DNA of 64,000 nt from a candidate division WOR-3 bacterium (lineage in GTDB: Bacteria; Hydrothermota; Hydrothermia; B15-G9; WFZT01). The DNA is taken from assembly GCA_027053075.1 (NCBI GenBank), contig JALUEE010000086.1, positions 36,341 through 100,340 of the forward strand, given 5' to 3'. Every line of letters begins with the position of its first letter. The first letter of the stretch is position 1. A model generated the notes under the pieces. The model was not told the DNA's origin and ran no database searches. It worked only from the letters and a program-made list of their open reading frames with translations. The position numbers were made by a program, and so were the translations under genes. Below are positions 1 through 8,644 of the stretch, piece by piece.

Positions 1-631
1 TAGATGCCCTGCCTGTGAGTACATTGAGAAGGCCCGCAGGTGCCCCTGCTTCGTGAAATAGGTTTGCTATGGTCAATCCAATGGCAGGTGTGGTGGATGA
101 TGGCTTTAGAACCACTGTATTTCCGACAAAGACTGAGGCGACGACATCAAGAAAGGGGATGATAAATGGGTAGTTCCACGGGGAGATTACGGCCATCACT
201 CCAAGTGGTTCAAATGTGTAGTATCCCTTTTTGTCGCGGAAAAGAGCCTGCCAGTATTTGATTTTAAAATCTTCTAAATAGACCCTGCCGCGATTTATGT
301 AAAAATCCAGTGCGTCAATTGAGGGAAAGACTTCCACGGTAAATGCTTCGGCAAGGGGCTTTCCCTGCTCCTGTGCTATTACTTTTGCCACCTCTTCGCT
401 ATTTTTGAGAAGGACGCCCTTGACGCGTGATAGAAGCTCGATTCTCTCATCAATTGTAGTTTCTCTCCAGGATTCGAATGCCTTTGAGGCAGCTAAAAAG
501 GCCTCCTCAACATGGTTCCCATTAACTTCCTGTATTTCCAGGAAAACCTCACCGGTTGCTGGATTCAGGGATTTGAAGGTTTTCCCGGTTGTAATCCATT
601 TTCCATTTATGTATGGCTGTGTGAGTATCAT
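1..631 (-). CDS. Aldehyde dehydrogenase family protein (3' end outside window; not in ORF track)
   Basis: Manual translation from ATG at 631: MILTQPYINGKWITTGKTFKSLNPATGEVF...EPLGVMAVISPWNYP...GNTVVLKPS, canonical ALDH motifs. Confidence 0.9.
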   Translation of the reverse strand, partial: MILTQPYINGKWITTGKTFKSLNPATGEVFLEIQEVNGNHVEEAFLAASKAFESWRETTIDERIELLSRVKGVLLKNSEEVAKVIAQEQGKPLAEAFTVEVFPSIDALDFYINRGRVYLEDFKIKYWQALFRDKKGYYTFEPLGVMAVISPWNYPFIIPFLDVVASVFVGNTVVLKPSSTTPAIGLTIANLFHEAGAPAGLLNVLTGRAS

Positions 632-632
632 T

Positions 633-1685
633 TTAAAAAGTCCTCAAAGCTGGATTTTTGTAATTTTCAAGGAAAAATTTGACAATGTTGTCAACGTAGG
701 AGGTAAGTGGTGGAACTGTTATACCCAGAGGGCCAAGGTCCTGCTGGGTGTTTGTGGAATCGTAGTGTACCTTGTGAATAAAATATGGTGTTGCCTCGTA
801 GGGAACACCAAAGGCCCTTGCAAGTGGTTTAATTTTCAGGAAAGCCTGGACGATGGGGAGTGGAATTTCACCCACCGGCTCTTTTCCGCGAATCTTAATT
901 GAAAATAGACGGTAGAGCTCGCGGGCTGTGAAGGGGGATGGGTCGGTCAGGTGGTAGGTTTTGCCGACTGATTTTTCCAGTCCGGTGAGTGCAACTGTGG
1001 CTTTGATGATGAAATCCACAGGGACAAGGTTCACCTCGGCCTCTCCTTTCCCAAGGTAGGGGAGTGGGATAAATCGAGGAACCTTTTTGAAGAATATCAT
1101 CACGTAGTAGGGGCCATCAAATTTGTCGGTTTCACCGGTTTGAGAGTCTCCGATAACGATGCCCGGTCGAACGACAACCGTGGGAATCTGGTCCTTATTC
1201 TTCTGGACAATCAGCTCTGCAAGAAACTTAGTGTGCTCGTAGTGATTTTTAAAGGATTGCTTTTTGTCGAGCTCATCCTCATATACTGTCCCTCGTCTTG
1301 TTCCTGATACATAAGCTGTGGAAAAATAGACAAACTTTTCAAGGCCGCTGAGCTTTTTGGCAAATTCCACAACATTTTTTGTGCCCTCAACGTTTACTCT
1401 GTAGGCTGGGTCAAAGGGGACGGTGAGGTCATATATGGCGGCAAGGTGGAAAAGGTGGGTTATGTCGGATTTGATATCCTTTTTTATTCCGAGGTTTTCC
1501 TGTGTAATGTCACCGGGGATGATTTCAAAACGGCTGTCAAAGTTCTCGATCTCTCTTCGGGCACGCTCGAGCATGCGGGGCTCAACCAGGAGATAGACCC
1601 GCTCATAATCAAATTCCTTGACGAGGGCTTTTATCAATCTTTTCCCGATAAACCCCGGAAAGCCGGTAAAGAACAACGCACCCAT
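633..1685 (-). CDS. Extended SDR / thioester-reductase (male-sterility NAD-binding) family oxidoreductase
   Basis: TGFPGFIG Rossmann motif, HLAAIYD, STAYVSG, YEHTK (YxxxK), RPGIVIGD. Confidence 0.85.
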   Translation of the reverse strand: MGALFFTGFPGFIGKRLIKALVKEFDYERVYLLVEPRMLERARREIENFDSRFEIIPGDITQENLGIKKDIKSDITHLFHLAAIYDLTVPFDPAYRVNVEGTKNVVEFAKKLSGLEKFVYFSTAYVSGTRRGTVYEDELDKKQSFKNHYEHTKFLAELIVQKNKDQIPTVVVRPGIVIGDSQTGETDKFDGPYYVMIFFKKVPRFIPLPYLGKGEAEVNLVPVDFIIKATVALTGLEKSVGKTYHLTDPSPFTARELYRLFSIKIRGKEPVGEIPLPIVQAFLKIKPLARAFGVPYEATPYFIHKVHYDSTNTQQDLGPLGITVPPLTSYVDNIVKFFLENYKNPALRTF

Positions 1686-1719
1686 GCTTTTATTATAGGG
1701 GTAAGTCAGGGATTTTCCA

Positions 1720-2541
1720 TTATTCTTTCAGCCCACTTCGCGAATAGCTCTCCACAATTTGCTTCTGGGCTATGAAGAAGAGGATTAGGAGTGGCAGGAT
1801 CGTAATGGTAGAAGCTGCCATGAGGGCGGGATAGTTTGTGGTCTCACCCTGCGCAAAGTACGCGAGTCCCACCTGTATGGGCCTCATTTTATCTGAGTTT
1901 GTAACCATCAGGGGCCACATAAAGGCATTCCACGAGCCAATTACATCAAAGATAGCTATGGTAACGATAGCCGGTCTAACAAGTGGTATCACAACTGAAA
2001 ATAAAAACCTCAGCTTTGAGCAACCATCTATGATGGCCGCGTCATAAAGGTCTCGCGGGATACTTCGCATGTGCTGCCTCAGCAGGAAGATTCCAAAAAT
2101 ATTAACTGTCCAGGGAACGATAAGGGCGTAGAATGTGTCAATCCAACCTAACTTTTGCACAATGATGTAGAGGGGGACGACATACACAGGAATTGGAACC
2201 ATCATCAGGCTGAGCATGGCCAAAAACATCTGCTCTCGACCGGGAAATTCATACCAGGAAAAGGCGTATGCAGCAAGGAGTGAAGTGATTAAAACCCCGA
2301 GTAGTGTGAAAAGAGAGACGATAGTGGAAACATAAATGTACTGTGGGAAGTGAACCTTCTCCCACACGATTTTAAAGGGCATGGTGGTAAAATGCTGTGG
2401 AATCCAGGTCGGTGGCATTCTCAGGGCTTCAGCCTGGGTTTTAAATGAAGTCGAGAGCATCCAGAGGAAGGGCAAGAGCATCCATATGGCACCGAAGATG
2501 AGAACCGTGTATATGATAGCTTTCTGAAGCTTATACCTCAT
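1720..2541 (-). CDS. Carbohydrate ABC transporter permease (MalG-like)
   Basis: Multi-TM protein, EAA-loop variant LYDAAIIDGC, WNAFMWP. Confidence 0.9.
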   Translation of the reverse strand: MRYKLQKAIIYTVLIFGAIWMLLPFLWMLSTSFKTQAEALRMPPTWIPQHFTTMPFKIVWEKVHFPQYIYVSTIVSLFTLLGVLITSLLAAYAFSWYEFPGREQMFLAMLSLMMVPIPVYVVPLYIIVQKLGWIDTFYALIVPWTVNIFGIFLLRQHMRSIPRDLYDAAIIDGCSKLRFLFSVVIPLVRPAIVTIAIFDVIGSWNAFMWPLMVTNSDKMRPIQVGLAYFAQGETTNYPALMAASTITILPLLILFFIAQKQIVESYSRSGLKE

Positions 2542-3475
2542 AATACACCTTCTTCTCTAAATAGAGTTTCTGGAACAGTGTTATTGCGAGAATCATGAGG
2601 AAGAAGACAAAGGCGATGGCCGAGCCGTATCCAACCTGATACTCTTCGAATCCTTTCTGGTAGAGGTAATATACGATCACGGAGGTGGTGCCAAGTGGCC
2701 CTCCCGGTGGTGGGCCTGTCATCGTCCACACAGGGGCAAATACCTGGAAGGAAATGATGGTTGACATAATCATGACGTAGAAGGTGGTGGGGGAGAGCAG
2801 GGGAATGGTCACATTCCTGAAGGTTTGCCACATTCCAGCACCGTCAATTCGCGCTGCCTCATAATATACGTCGGGAATATTTTTAAGTCCTGCAAGGAAA
2901 ATCACCACGTTGTAACCGAGACTCTTCCACACACTCATCAAAACAAGGGAGAAGAGGGCAAGTGACGGACCTCTGAGGATGTACGGGAGATGAACACCGA
3001 AGATCATCTCAAATATTCCCCGTGGCTCTTCAAGCCATTTCAGGGGATGAAACCCCGCAAGGGTTAGAAAATAGTTGAAGAGCCCGCGATTGGGATCATA
3101 AAGCCATTTCCATACAACGGATACGGCGACGATTGATGTAATCACAGGCAGGAAATAAATTGTTCTGAAAAGCCCAATAGCCTTAATTCCTCTGTTAAGA
3201 AGATAGGCAATGAGGAGAGATATGATGATATTAAGTGGCACTGCGAAGATGGTGTAATAGATGGTGTTTATAACAGACTGCCAGAAGAAGGGGTCTTTCA
3301 AAAGATAGTAATAATTTTTCAGGCCCACAAATCCTTTGATACCGGCGATTCCCCAGTCGTAAAAGCTCAGTCTGAAGGCAAAGATGATGGGAAGAACTTT
3401 AAAGACGAAGAGAATAATGAAGGCAGGAGAGAGGAGAATAAGTGGAGGTATAAGTTTTTTAAGAAAACTTTTCAT
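2531..3475 (-). CDS. Carbohydrate ABC transporter permease (MalF-like)
   Basis: EAARIDGA EAA loop, FVGLKNY, multi-TM. Confidence 0.9.
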   Translation of the reverse strand: MKSFLKKLIPPLILLSPAFIILFVFKVLPIIFAFRLSFYDWGIAGIKGFVGLKNYYYLLKDPFFWQSVINTIYYTIFAVPLNIIISLLIAYLLNRGIKAIGLFRTIYFLPVITSIVAVSVVWKWLYDPNRGLFNYFLTLAGFHPLKWLEEPRGIFEMIFGVHLPYILRGPSLALFSLVLMSVWKSLGYNVVIFLAGLKNIPDVYYEAARIDGAGMWQTFRNVTIPLLSPTTFYVMIMSTIISFQVFAPVWTMTGPPPGGPLGTTSVIVYYLYQKGFEEYQVGYGSAIAFVFFLMILAITLFQKLYLEKKVYYEV

Positions 3476-3735
3476 AGCCGATAAAAGACGTACAGGGCTA
3501 TGATTATAAAGATTACGGTGAGGAGGTTAAAAGCGAAGCTCAGACCGATGGTAAATTTTAAGACGATAAGGTCAAAGGTGACAGGTGAGAAGCCGATGTG
3601 AACAGTATTGAGGACGAGGTCTTTAACAGGGCTATCCGGTAGGGTCTTCATCAGGATATATCCGATGATATCGCCTGATACGATTCCAATTATGAGCCCC
3701 CATGTTAAGAGGGTATAGCTTTTTCTCCAGACCAT
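3472..3735 (-). CDS. Small membrane protein, DUF4321-like (87 aa)
   Basis: ATG at 3735 just downstream of tRNA-Leu; hydrophobic, with a PVTFDLIVLKFTIG..FNL pattern; the longer ORF-track version runs through tRNAs. Confidence 0.7.
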   Translation of the reverse strand: MVWRKSYTLLTWGLIIGIVSGDIIGYILMKTLPDSPVKDLVLNTVHIGFSPVTFDLIVLKFTIGLSFAFNLLTVIFIIIALYVFYRL

Positions 3736-3745
3736 GGTTAATGAA

Positions 3746-3828
3746 TGCCGGGGGCGGGACTCGAACCCGCACGGGGAAACCCCAGGGGATTTTAAGTCCC
3801 CTGCGTCTGCCACTTCCGCCACCCCGGC
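3746..3828 (-). tRNA. tRNA-Leu(TAA), CCA not encoded
   Basis: Cloverleaf GCCGGGG...CCCCGGCA, anticodon arm GGGGA CT-TAA-AA TCCCC, long variable arm, GGTTCGAGTCC T-arm. Confidence 0.95.
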
Positions 3829-3836
3829 AAAAAATA

Positions 3837-3911
3837 TGGAGGCGGCACCCGGATTCGAACCGGGGAATAGCGGATTTGCAATCCGCCGCCTTGCCACTTG
3901 GCTATGCCGCC
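3837..3911 (-). tRNA. tRNA-Cys(GCA)
   Basis: GGCGGCA...TGCCGCCTCCA, anticodon arm GCGGA TT-GCA-AA TCCGC, U discriminator, CCA encoded. Confidence 0.95.
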
Positions 3912-3924
3912 GTTTCCCTATTTA

Positions 3925-3953
3925 TTATTAACAATCCGCCACCCCCATGTCAA
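3925..3953 (-). promoter_or_regulatory. Putative sigma70 promoter of the tRNA-Cys/Leu operon
   Basis: TTGACA-17 nt-TAATAA on minus strand just upstream of tRNA-Cys. Confidence 0.6.
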
Positions 3954-3959
3954 CATCAG

Positions 3960-4076
3960 GTGTTCGAAAATTCCCCCCTCCTATCCTCCCCCCCACGCAC
4001 GAAGTGCGTGGGGGGAGGAATAAGGTGGGGGGAAATTTTTCATTAAAATTCAAAGGTTTTGAAATTTTTCGAACAC
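3960..4076. repeat. MITE-like unit: 11-bp terminal inverted repeats enclosing a REP-like hairpin
   Basis: GTGTTCGAAAA (3960-3970) and TTTTCGAACAC (4066-4076) flank the hairpin CCTCCCCCCCACGCAC-GAA-GTGCGTGGGGGGAGG. Confidence 0.55.
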
Positions 4077-4448
4077 GCTCAGATCAGGGGTGTTCGGAAA
4101 TTCCAGATTTTAGTTGCCCCCGACGGATACTCGAAACCACAGTGACGATCGCTCAGTCAATAGATTTCCCTACTTCCTTTGGAAAGGAGGAGAATGGGAA
4201 TGGGAAAATAAATGAATCCAATGTTTTGCCGACTATAATTTCCCCGTTCCACCCCGGCCCTTCTTCCCCAAGGAAGAGAGGAAGTTTCTCTTCTTATTAT
4301 GCCCAAACTTGAATCACTTATTTAACGCCGCTTTTCCCTACTCCACTCACGCTGCACAAAAGATGATATCTTCTAACAGGCTCGGGTTAAGGTTTTTGTA
4401 AATGCCCGCAGACAGAGTTTCCAGAATGTTTATTTGAGCTCGATTCCC

Positions 4449-4508
4449 AAAAACTTCCTCTCCCCGCGTAAATTATTTGCGGGGAGAGGATTGAGGTGAG
4501 GGGCAACA
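4449..4508 (+). repeat. REP-like palindrome, subtype CCTCTCCCCGC...GCGGGGAGAGG + GGTGAGGGGC tail
   Basis: Near-identical copies at 35697-35753 and 39037-39093. Confidence 0.85.
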
Positions 4509-4624
4509 TCTGAAAAATCTTTTCGTGCTCTCATACCTTGCGGCTGATAAACTGGTGCTCCAGTGATTGCATTTCTCAAGAACGGGGGAGGTGTAGACTT
4601 ATGTAAAAGAATCTTAAAAAATTT

Positions 4625-4665
4625 GTGTGGGGGGGTGGGGCGCCGCAGGCGCCCCACCCCCACAC
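4625..4665. repeat. GC-rich hairpin downstream of cstA (REP-like and/or terminator)
   Basis: GGGGGTGGGGCGCC-GCA-GGCGCCCCACCCCC, 14-bp perfect core. Confidence 0.7.
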
Positions 4666-4686
4666 TCTGTCCCCTTACTCCTCCCT

Positions 4687-6411
4687 CTACGCTATCTCTT
4701 CTTCCTCGGCAGCCGGCGCAGAGAGGTATTTCCCAAGGGCTATTATTGCTTCAATTATCATCCAGATCTCAAGCAGGAATACGATGACTCCAATTGTGAG
4801 AAGCAGTGTATTGTGAGTTCTCGCAAACTTCTCGATATTCAGTATCATTGCCCATCCAGTCATAAAGATCATAAAGATCATGGGCAGCGCAGCGAACCAG
4901 ATGGGTTTCTTGAGCCTTGCAAGATAAACCGTTGCCACCAGCAAGGCAAGACCGGCAAGGAGCTGGTTGACCGTTCCAAAGAGCGGCCAGAGGATGAGTG
5001 CTCCTTTACCGTTCTTCTGCACAAATGCCAGCAGGAATGCAGTGAAAACAGCGAGGAATGTTGCCACCCATCTGTTGGCAAGGGCGGGTATACCAAGATC
5101 ATTGAAGAACTCACCAATCACATATCTCTGAATACGTGTAGCAGTATCCAGTGTGGTTCCCGCAAAAGATACAAGGAACACGGCCATGATAGTTGTTCCA
5201 ATTGCGAGAGGAATTCCAAAAGAATGCATGAGATTTGCGGAGCCGATGATCACGGCATTTAGCTTTGAACCAAGCCCGGCAGCAGCCTTCCAGCTCGCGT
5301 AATGATGTGCCCATGCAGCATATCCTGTGAGCACCTGACCGTTCTTAAGGACATAATGCATTCCAATTGCTGCTGTGGTTGCCACAATTACCAGTACTGA
5401 GAGTGACCCTTCCATGAGCATGCCACCATATCCCACAAAGAGTGCATCTGGCTCTTTGTCAATCTGCTTTGAGGATGTTCCAGAACTCACAAGAGAATGG
5501 AAACCGGATATCGCTCCACAAGCAATGACGACAAAAAGGAATGGCCAGAGAGGCGGTGCACCCGTGGCATGGATATTTGTTGCGGGAGCAACGATTTTAG
5601 GGTGGGCAACAATTGTTCCGATGAACAAAAGACCCATGGCGATAAGCAACTCGTGAGCGTTGATGTAATCCCTTGGTTGAAGCAATGTCCAGACAGGCAA
5701 CGTGGACGCAAAGAAAGCGTAAATCAAGAGGATAATGAGCCATGTGGCAACCGGTGTCAGTCCGAAGAGACCAGGCAGTTTAAGAGGCCAGTATGCACCG
5801 ATGATAACGGTGATGTACATCAACACGACAGCTATGAGAGATATGGTGGTAAGATTCCCACCTTTTTTGTAAATGGCATATCCTGCCCATACAGCAATTG
5901 GTATTTCCATCCAGACCGGGAATACGGATTGAGGGAACATATGGAACAAAATACCCATAACCAGGGCGAAGATAGCGATCACGATCCACAGCTCAAAGAA
6001 GATGATGAGCAAGAAGAGGTATCTTGTTCTGGAATTCACCAGATTTGCGGTGAGCTCTCCGATGGACACTCCTTTGTTTCTCATAGAAGCCACGAGAGCG
6101 GAGAAATCATGCACTCCACCAAGAAAGATTGGACCGAGTGCCACCCAGAGAGCTGCTGGTAGCCAACCCCAGATCACGGCTATTGCGGGACCAACGATGG
6201 GACCAAGCCCTGCGATTGAGGTGAAGTGGTGCCCAAAGAGCACCTCCTTCTTTGCAGGCATGTAGTCAATATCGTCCCTTAGCTCGTGAGCCGGGGTTAC
6301 TCTATTGGGATCCAGTTTGAAGATCTTATTGGCCAGATACTTACCATAAGTATGGTAAGCCAGTAGATAGGCCGCGAATACTATTACTGCTAAGAGTAAG
6401 GAGTTCATCAT
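4687..6411 (-). CDS. cstA: Carbon starvation protein A (CstA) family peptide/pyruvate transporter
   Basis: LFGHHFTSIAGLGPIVGP, LLQPRDYIN, IACGAISGFHSLVSSGTSSKQ, LWPLFGTVNQLLA. Confidence 0.95.
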   Translation of the reverse strand: MMNSLLLAVIVFAAYLLAYHTYGKYLANKIFKLDPNRVTPAHELRDDIDYMPAKKEVLFGHHFTSIAGLGPIVGPAIAVIWGWLPAALWVALGPIFLGGVHDFSALVASMRNKGVSIGELTANLVNSRTRYLFLLIIFFELWIVIAIFALVMGILFHMFPQSVFPVWMEIPIAVWAGYAIYKKGGNLTTISLIAVVLMYITVIIGAYWPLKLPGLFGLTPVATWLIILLIYAFFASTLPVWTLLQPRDYINAHELLIAMGLLFIGTIVAHPKIVAPATNIHATGAPPLWPFLFVVIACGAISGFHSLVSSGTSSKQIDKEPDALFVGYGGMLMEGSLSVLVIVATTAAIGMHYVLKNGQVLTGYAAWAHHYASWKAAAGLGSKLNAVIIGSANLMHSFGIPLAIGTTIMAVFLVSFAGTTLDTATRIQRYVIGEFFNDLGIPALANRWVATFLAVFTAFLLAFVQKNGKGALILWPLFGTVNQLLAGLALLVATVYLARLKKPIWFAALPMIFMIFMTGWAMILNIEKFARTHNTLLLTIGVIVFLLEIWMIIEAIIALGKYLSAPAAEEEEIA

Positions 6412-6446
6412 CAAACCTCCTTTTTATTTAAATAGCCCTACCCATC

Positions 6447-6776
6447 CTAACACGGGTCCTGCGACAATGATCGATCTGCCACCTCCTCCAGCTTTTTCAC
6501 GCCGACCTTCTTATCTGGAGCTTCAAGCTCCCTTTTGAGGTTTTCGGCATGCTGCCTTGGATTGTTTGAAATTATGATTTCGACACTATTTTTGTCGGCT
6601 TCAGCGTAAACCTTCTCGGTGGGTTTTTTCTTAACAACTGCTATTGCCCTCTCCAGGTCAAACTTTTTCTTTAGTTTCCCAAACTCCCACACATCAAAAA
6701 TACCCAGCTGGTCTCCATAAGCGATCAGGATTTTGTGATCGCTCAGGCTTTTACCTTTTTTCTTAAAGAGTCCCAT
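6447..6776 (-). CDS. Hypothetical protein (109 aa, C-terminal DPC); paralog of 6828-7175
   Basis: RBS-like GGCGGTGA, Lys/Glu-rich composition, aligns by eye to the neighbouring ORF. Confidence 0.8.
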   Translation of the reverse strand: MGLFKKKGKSLSDHKILIAYGDQLGIFDVWEFGKLKKKFDLERAIAVVKKKPTEKVYAEADKNSVEIIISNNPRQHAENLKRELEAPDKKVGVKKLEEVADRSLSQDPC

Positions 6777-6791
6777 TTTATCACCGCCCTT

Positions 6792-6821
6792 ATTCTAAAA
6801 ATTCTATCATAGTTATGTCAA
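6792..6821 (-). promoter_or_regulatory. Putative sigma70 promoter for the 6776 ORF and cstA
   Basis: TTGACA-18 nt-TAGAAT on minus strand. Confidence 0.5.
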
Positions 6822-6827
6822 GTTTTA

Positions 6828-7175
6828 TTACATAGGGTCCATTGTAAAATTGCGTTCAGTTATATCTTCAATGCTTTTAATAAAGCAAGGAATGCCTTTC
6901 TTCTCATAGGATTCCCTGACTGATTTTGCTTCTTTTTTGGGGTTGCTCACAACCTTTACGGGTACATCTCTTAAGATGGCTTGCTTTTCAACGTTGGGTG
7001 AAAGTGGTCTTTGGGTGAGCACCAATACATCTCTGAGTCCCCATTTCTTTCTCAGTTTTTGAATGTCCCAGATGTCCCTGACACCTACACGATCTGCATA
7101 AATAATCACTACACTGTTCTGGTAGTTATAGGCTCTTTTCTTTTTAAATCTCGGAATATGGATGAAAATCTCCAT
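6828..7175 (-). CDS. Hypothetical protein (115 aa, C-terminal DPM); paralog of 6447-6776
   Basis: Start moved to ATG 7175 because similarity to the paralog begins there; the upstream extension runs through a palindrome. Confidence 0.75.
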   Translation of the reverse strand: MEIFIHIPRFKKKRAYNYQNSVVIIYADRVGVRDIWDIQKLRKKWGLRDVLVLTQRPLSPNVEKQAILRDVPVKVVSNPKKEAKSVRESYEKKGIPCFIKSIEDITERNFTMDPM

Positions 7176-7334
7176 CGGTATAATTATTAAAAGGAGGTGA
7201 TTAAATTTCAAGTGTCTCTGTGATATTTTGACATCAAAAATTTCGCCACGAATTGTTCGATGAATAATAGCTTTTTTAGACTGGATTTGATGAACAAAAC
7301 TATCTGGAGATTGCTCGAAAGGTGAATCCATTTT

Positions 7335-7390
7335 AGTGGGGCTGCCACGCACGATGTGCGTGGCAGCCCCACTCGCAACATTTTCGAACA
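7335..7390. repeat. 18-bp perfect hairpin plus TTTTCGAACA motif
   Basis: AGTGGGGCTGCCACGCAC-GAT-GTGCGTGGCAGCCCCACT (7335-7373); motif at 7381-7390. Confidence 0.8.
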
Positions 7391-7556
7391 TCCTACATCA
7401 TTTGTGAAGTTCAGTTATTCGGATATCTCCCAAATACCCGATCAAGTTACTGTGGATTCCCCAAATGAATATATTCAAATGTCAGAATCTGGCTATCGAC
7501 GGTTTTACCCCCAACCTGTCATTAAAAAATTTGATCCTGTCCGTATTTAAAAATTA

Positions 7557-7585
7557 TTGACCGGTGGGGTGTGGATGGTTATATT
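7557..7585 (+). promoter_or_regulatory. Putative sigma70 promoter
   Basis: TTGACC-17 nt-TATATT, followed by SD AGGAGG and ATG 7614. Confidence 0.65.
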
Positions 7586-7613
7586 AAAGAACCATCAAAA
7601 AGGAGGTTGACTG

Positions 7614-7982
7614 ATGATACGGGGTTTGAGTGACGAAGAGATCCTTGGAATCTGGGAAAGTGTTACAGATTTCACAGAAGGATGGTACGAAGCAATTGGT
7701 GAGCTTCTCTCAAGGGCAGATGACCTGAAGATGGAGATTGACGACGCAGGACTTAAAACCAAGCTTGAGAAGATTCAGAGAAAACTCCTTAGACTGAGGC
7801 AGGATATTGAGGATACAGTTGAATCAGCAAGGAGCGGTGAGATCAGTTCCAACGACCTTGAAAACTTTTTCAGGGATTACGGGGAAACACTTTCATCCCT
7901 TGAGGCTGAGCTTCTGGAACTTGAGCTTGAGCCCGAGGATTATGATGATTATTACGACGAATTTGAGGAAGAAGAGTATTAG
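7614..7982 (+). CDS. Hypothetical acidic helical protein
   Basis: Promoter plus strong SD; heptad-like helices; tail EPEDYDDYYDEFEEEEY. Confidence 0.8.
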   Translation: MIRGLSDEEILGIWESVTDFTEGWYEAIGELLSRADDLKMEIDDAGLKTKLEKIQRKLLRLRQDIEDTVESARSGEISSNDLENFFRDYGETLSSLEAELLELELEPEDYDDYYDEFEEEEY

Positions 7983-8644
7983 TTAAACCCATACTTTCCT
8001 CTTAGAGGGACAAAAGCACAGGGGAAAAGCTCTTCTTTGAGGATTTTCCCATTTTTCTTTATTCCTTTTACAAGTATTTGCCCACCAATATCCCCAATGG
8101 GAATAACAATGATTCCACCTCCTTTTAGCTGCTCTTCTAAGGGCTCGGGGATATCCGGAGCTGCGGCTGTCACAATAATTCGATCATAAGGAGCATGTTC
8201 CGGCCAGCCTTCAGAGCCATCACCAACTTTGAAATGAACATTGGTAATGCCCAATTTTCGAAGAATCCTTTGCGCCCTTTGTGAGAGCTCTGGAATTCTT
8301 TCGACTGTATAGACTTCCTTTGCGAGCTTGGCAAGAATAGCAGTCTGGTATCCAGAGCCGGTGCCTATTTCGAGAACTTTATTGTCATCCTGAACCTCAA
8401 GTAATTCTGTCATAACAGCAACCATGTATGGCTGAGAAATGGTCTGACCGGCACCAATTGGCAGAGGATAGTCGTTGTACGCCTGGTCAATGTATTCTGG
8501 TGGGACGAAGGCATGACGAGGAACTTCAAGTATGGCTTTGATAACCCGTGGGTCTTTTACTCCGCGTGCAATAATTTGGGATTCGACCATTTCCCTGCGG
8601 AGTTCAGAAAGATAATTCCCACTGGAGCCGTTTGAGTTCATCAT
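7979..8644 (-). CDS. pcm: Protein-L-isoaspartate(D-aspartate) O-methyltransferase
   Basis: QTISQPYMVA, VLEIGTGSGYQTA, APYDRIIVTAA, FVPL; follows surE. Confidence 0.95.
   Translation of the reverse strand: MMNSNGSSGNYLSELRREMVESQIIARGVKDPRVIKAILEVPRHAFVPPEYIDQAYNDYPLPIGAGQTISQPYMVAVMTELLEVQDDNKVLEIGTGSGYQTAILAKLAKEVYTVERIPELSQRAQRILRKLGITNVHFKVGDGSEGWPEHAPYDRIIVTAAAPDIPEPLEEQLKGGGIIVIPIGDIGGQILVKGIKKNGKILKEELFPCAFVPLRGKYGFN

Noticed and set aside
1720..3475. Sugar ABC permeases without binding protein or ATPase
   Set aside because: Shared MsmX-type ATPases and dispersed binding-protein genes are common, so this is not unusual by itself
3736..3897. N-terminal extension of the 3472-3897 ORF
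   Set aside because: It is tRNA-Cys/Leu sequence read in frame; a good ATG exists at 3735
3947..4816. Several short ORFs in the tRNA-cstA gap
   Set aside because: Pro/Gly/Arg-rich translations of palindromic repeats, with no RBS or motifs
6444..6452. Selenocysteine or stop readthrough at the end of the cstA-linked small protein
   Set aside because: The stop after the terminal Cys is TAG, not TGA, and no SECIS-like hairpin is evident
7191..7225. Perfect SD AAGGAGGTGA on the plus strand
   Set aside because: Only a 3-codon GTG ORF follows; no supportable gene
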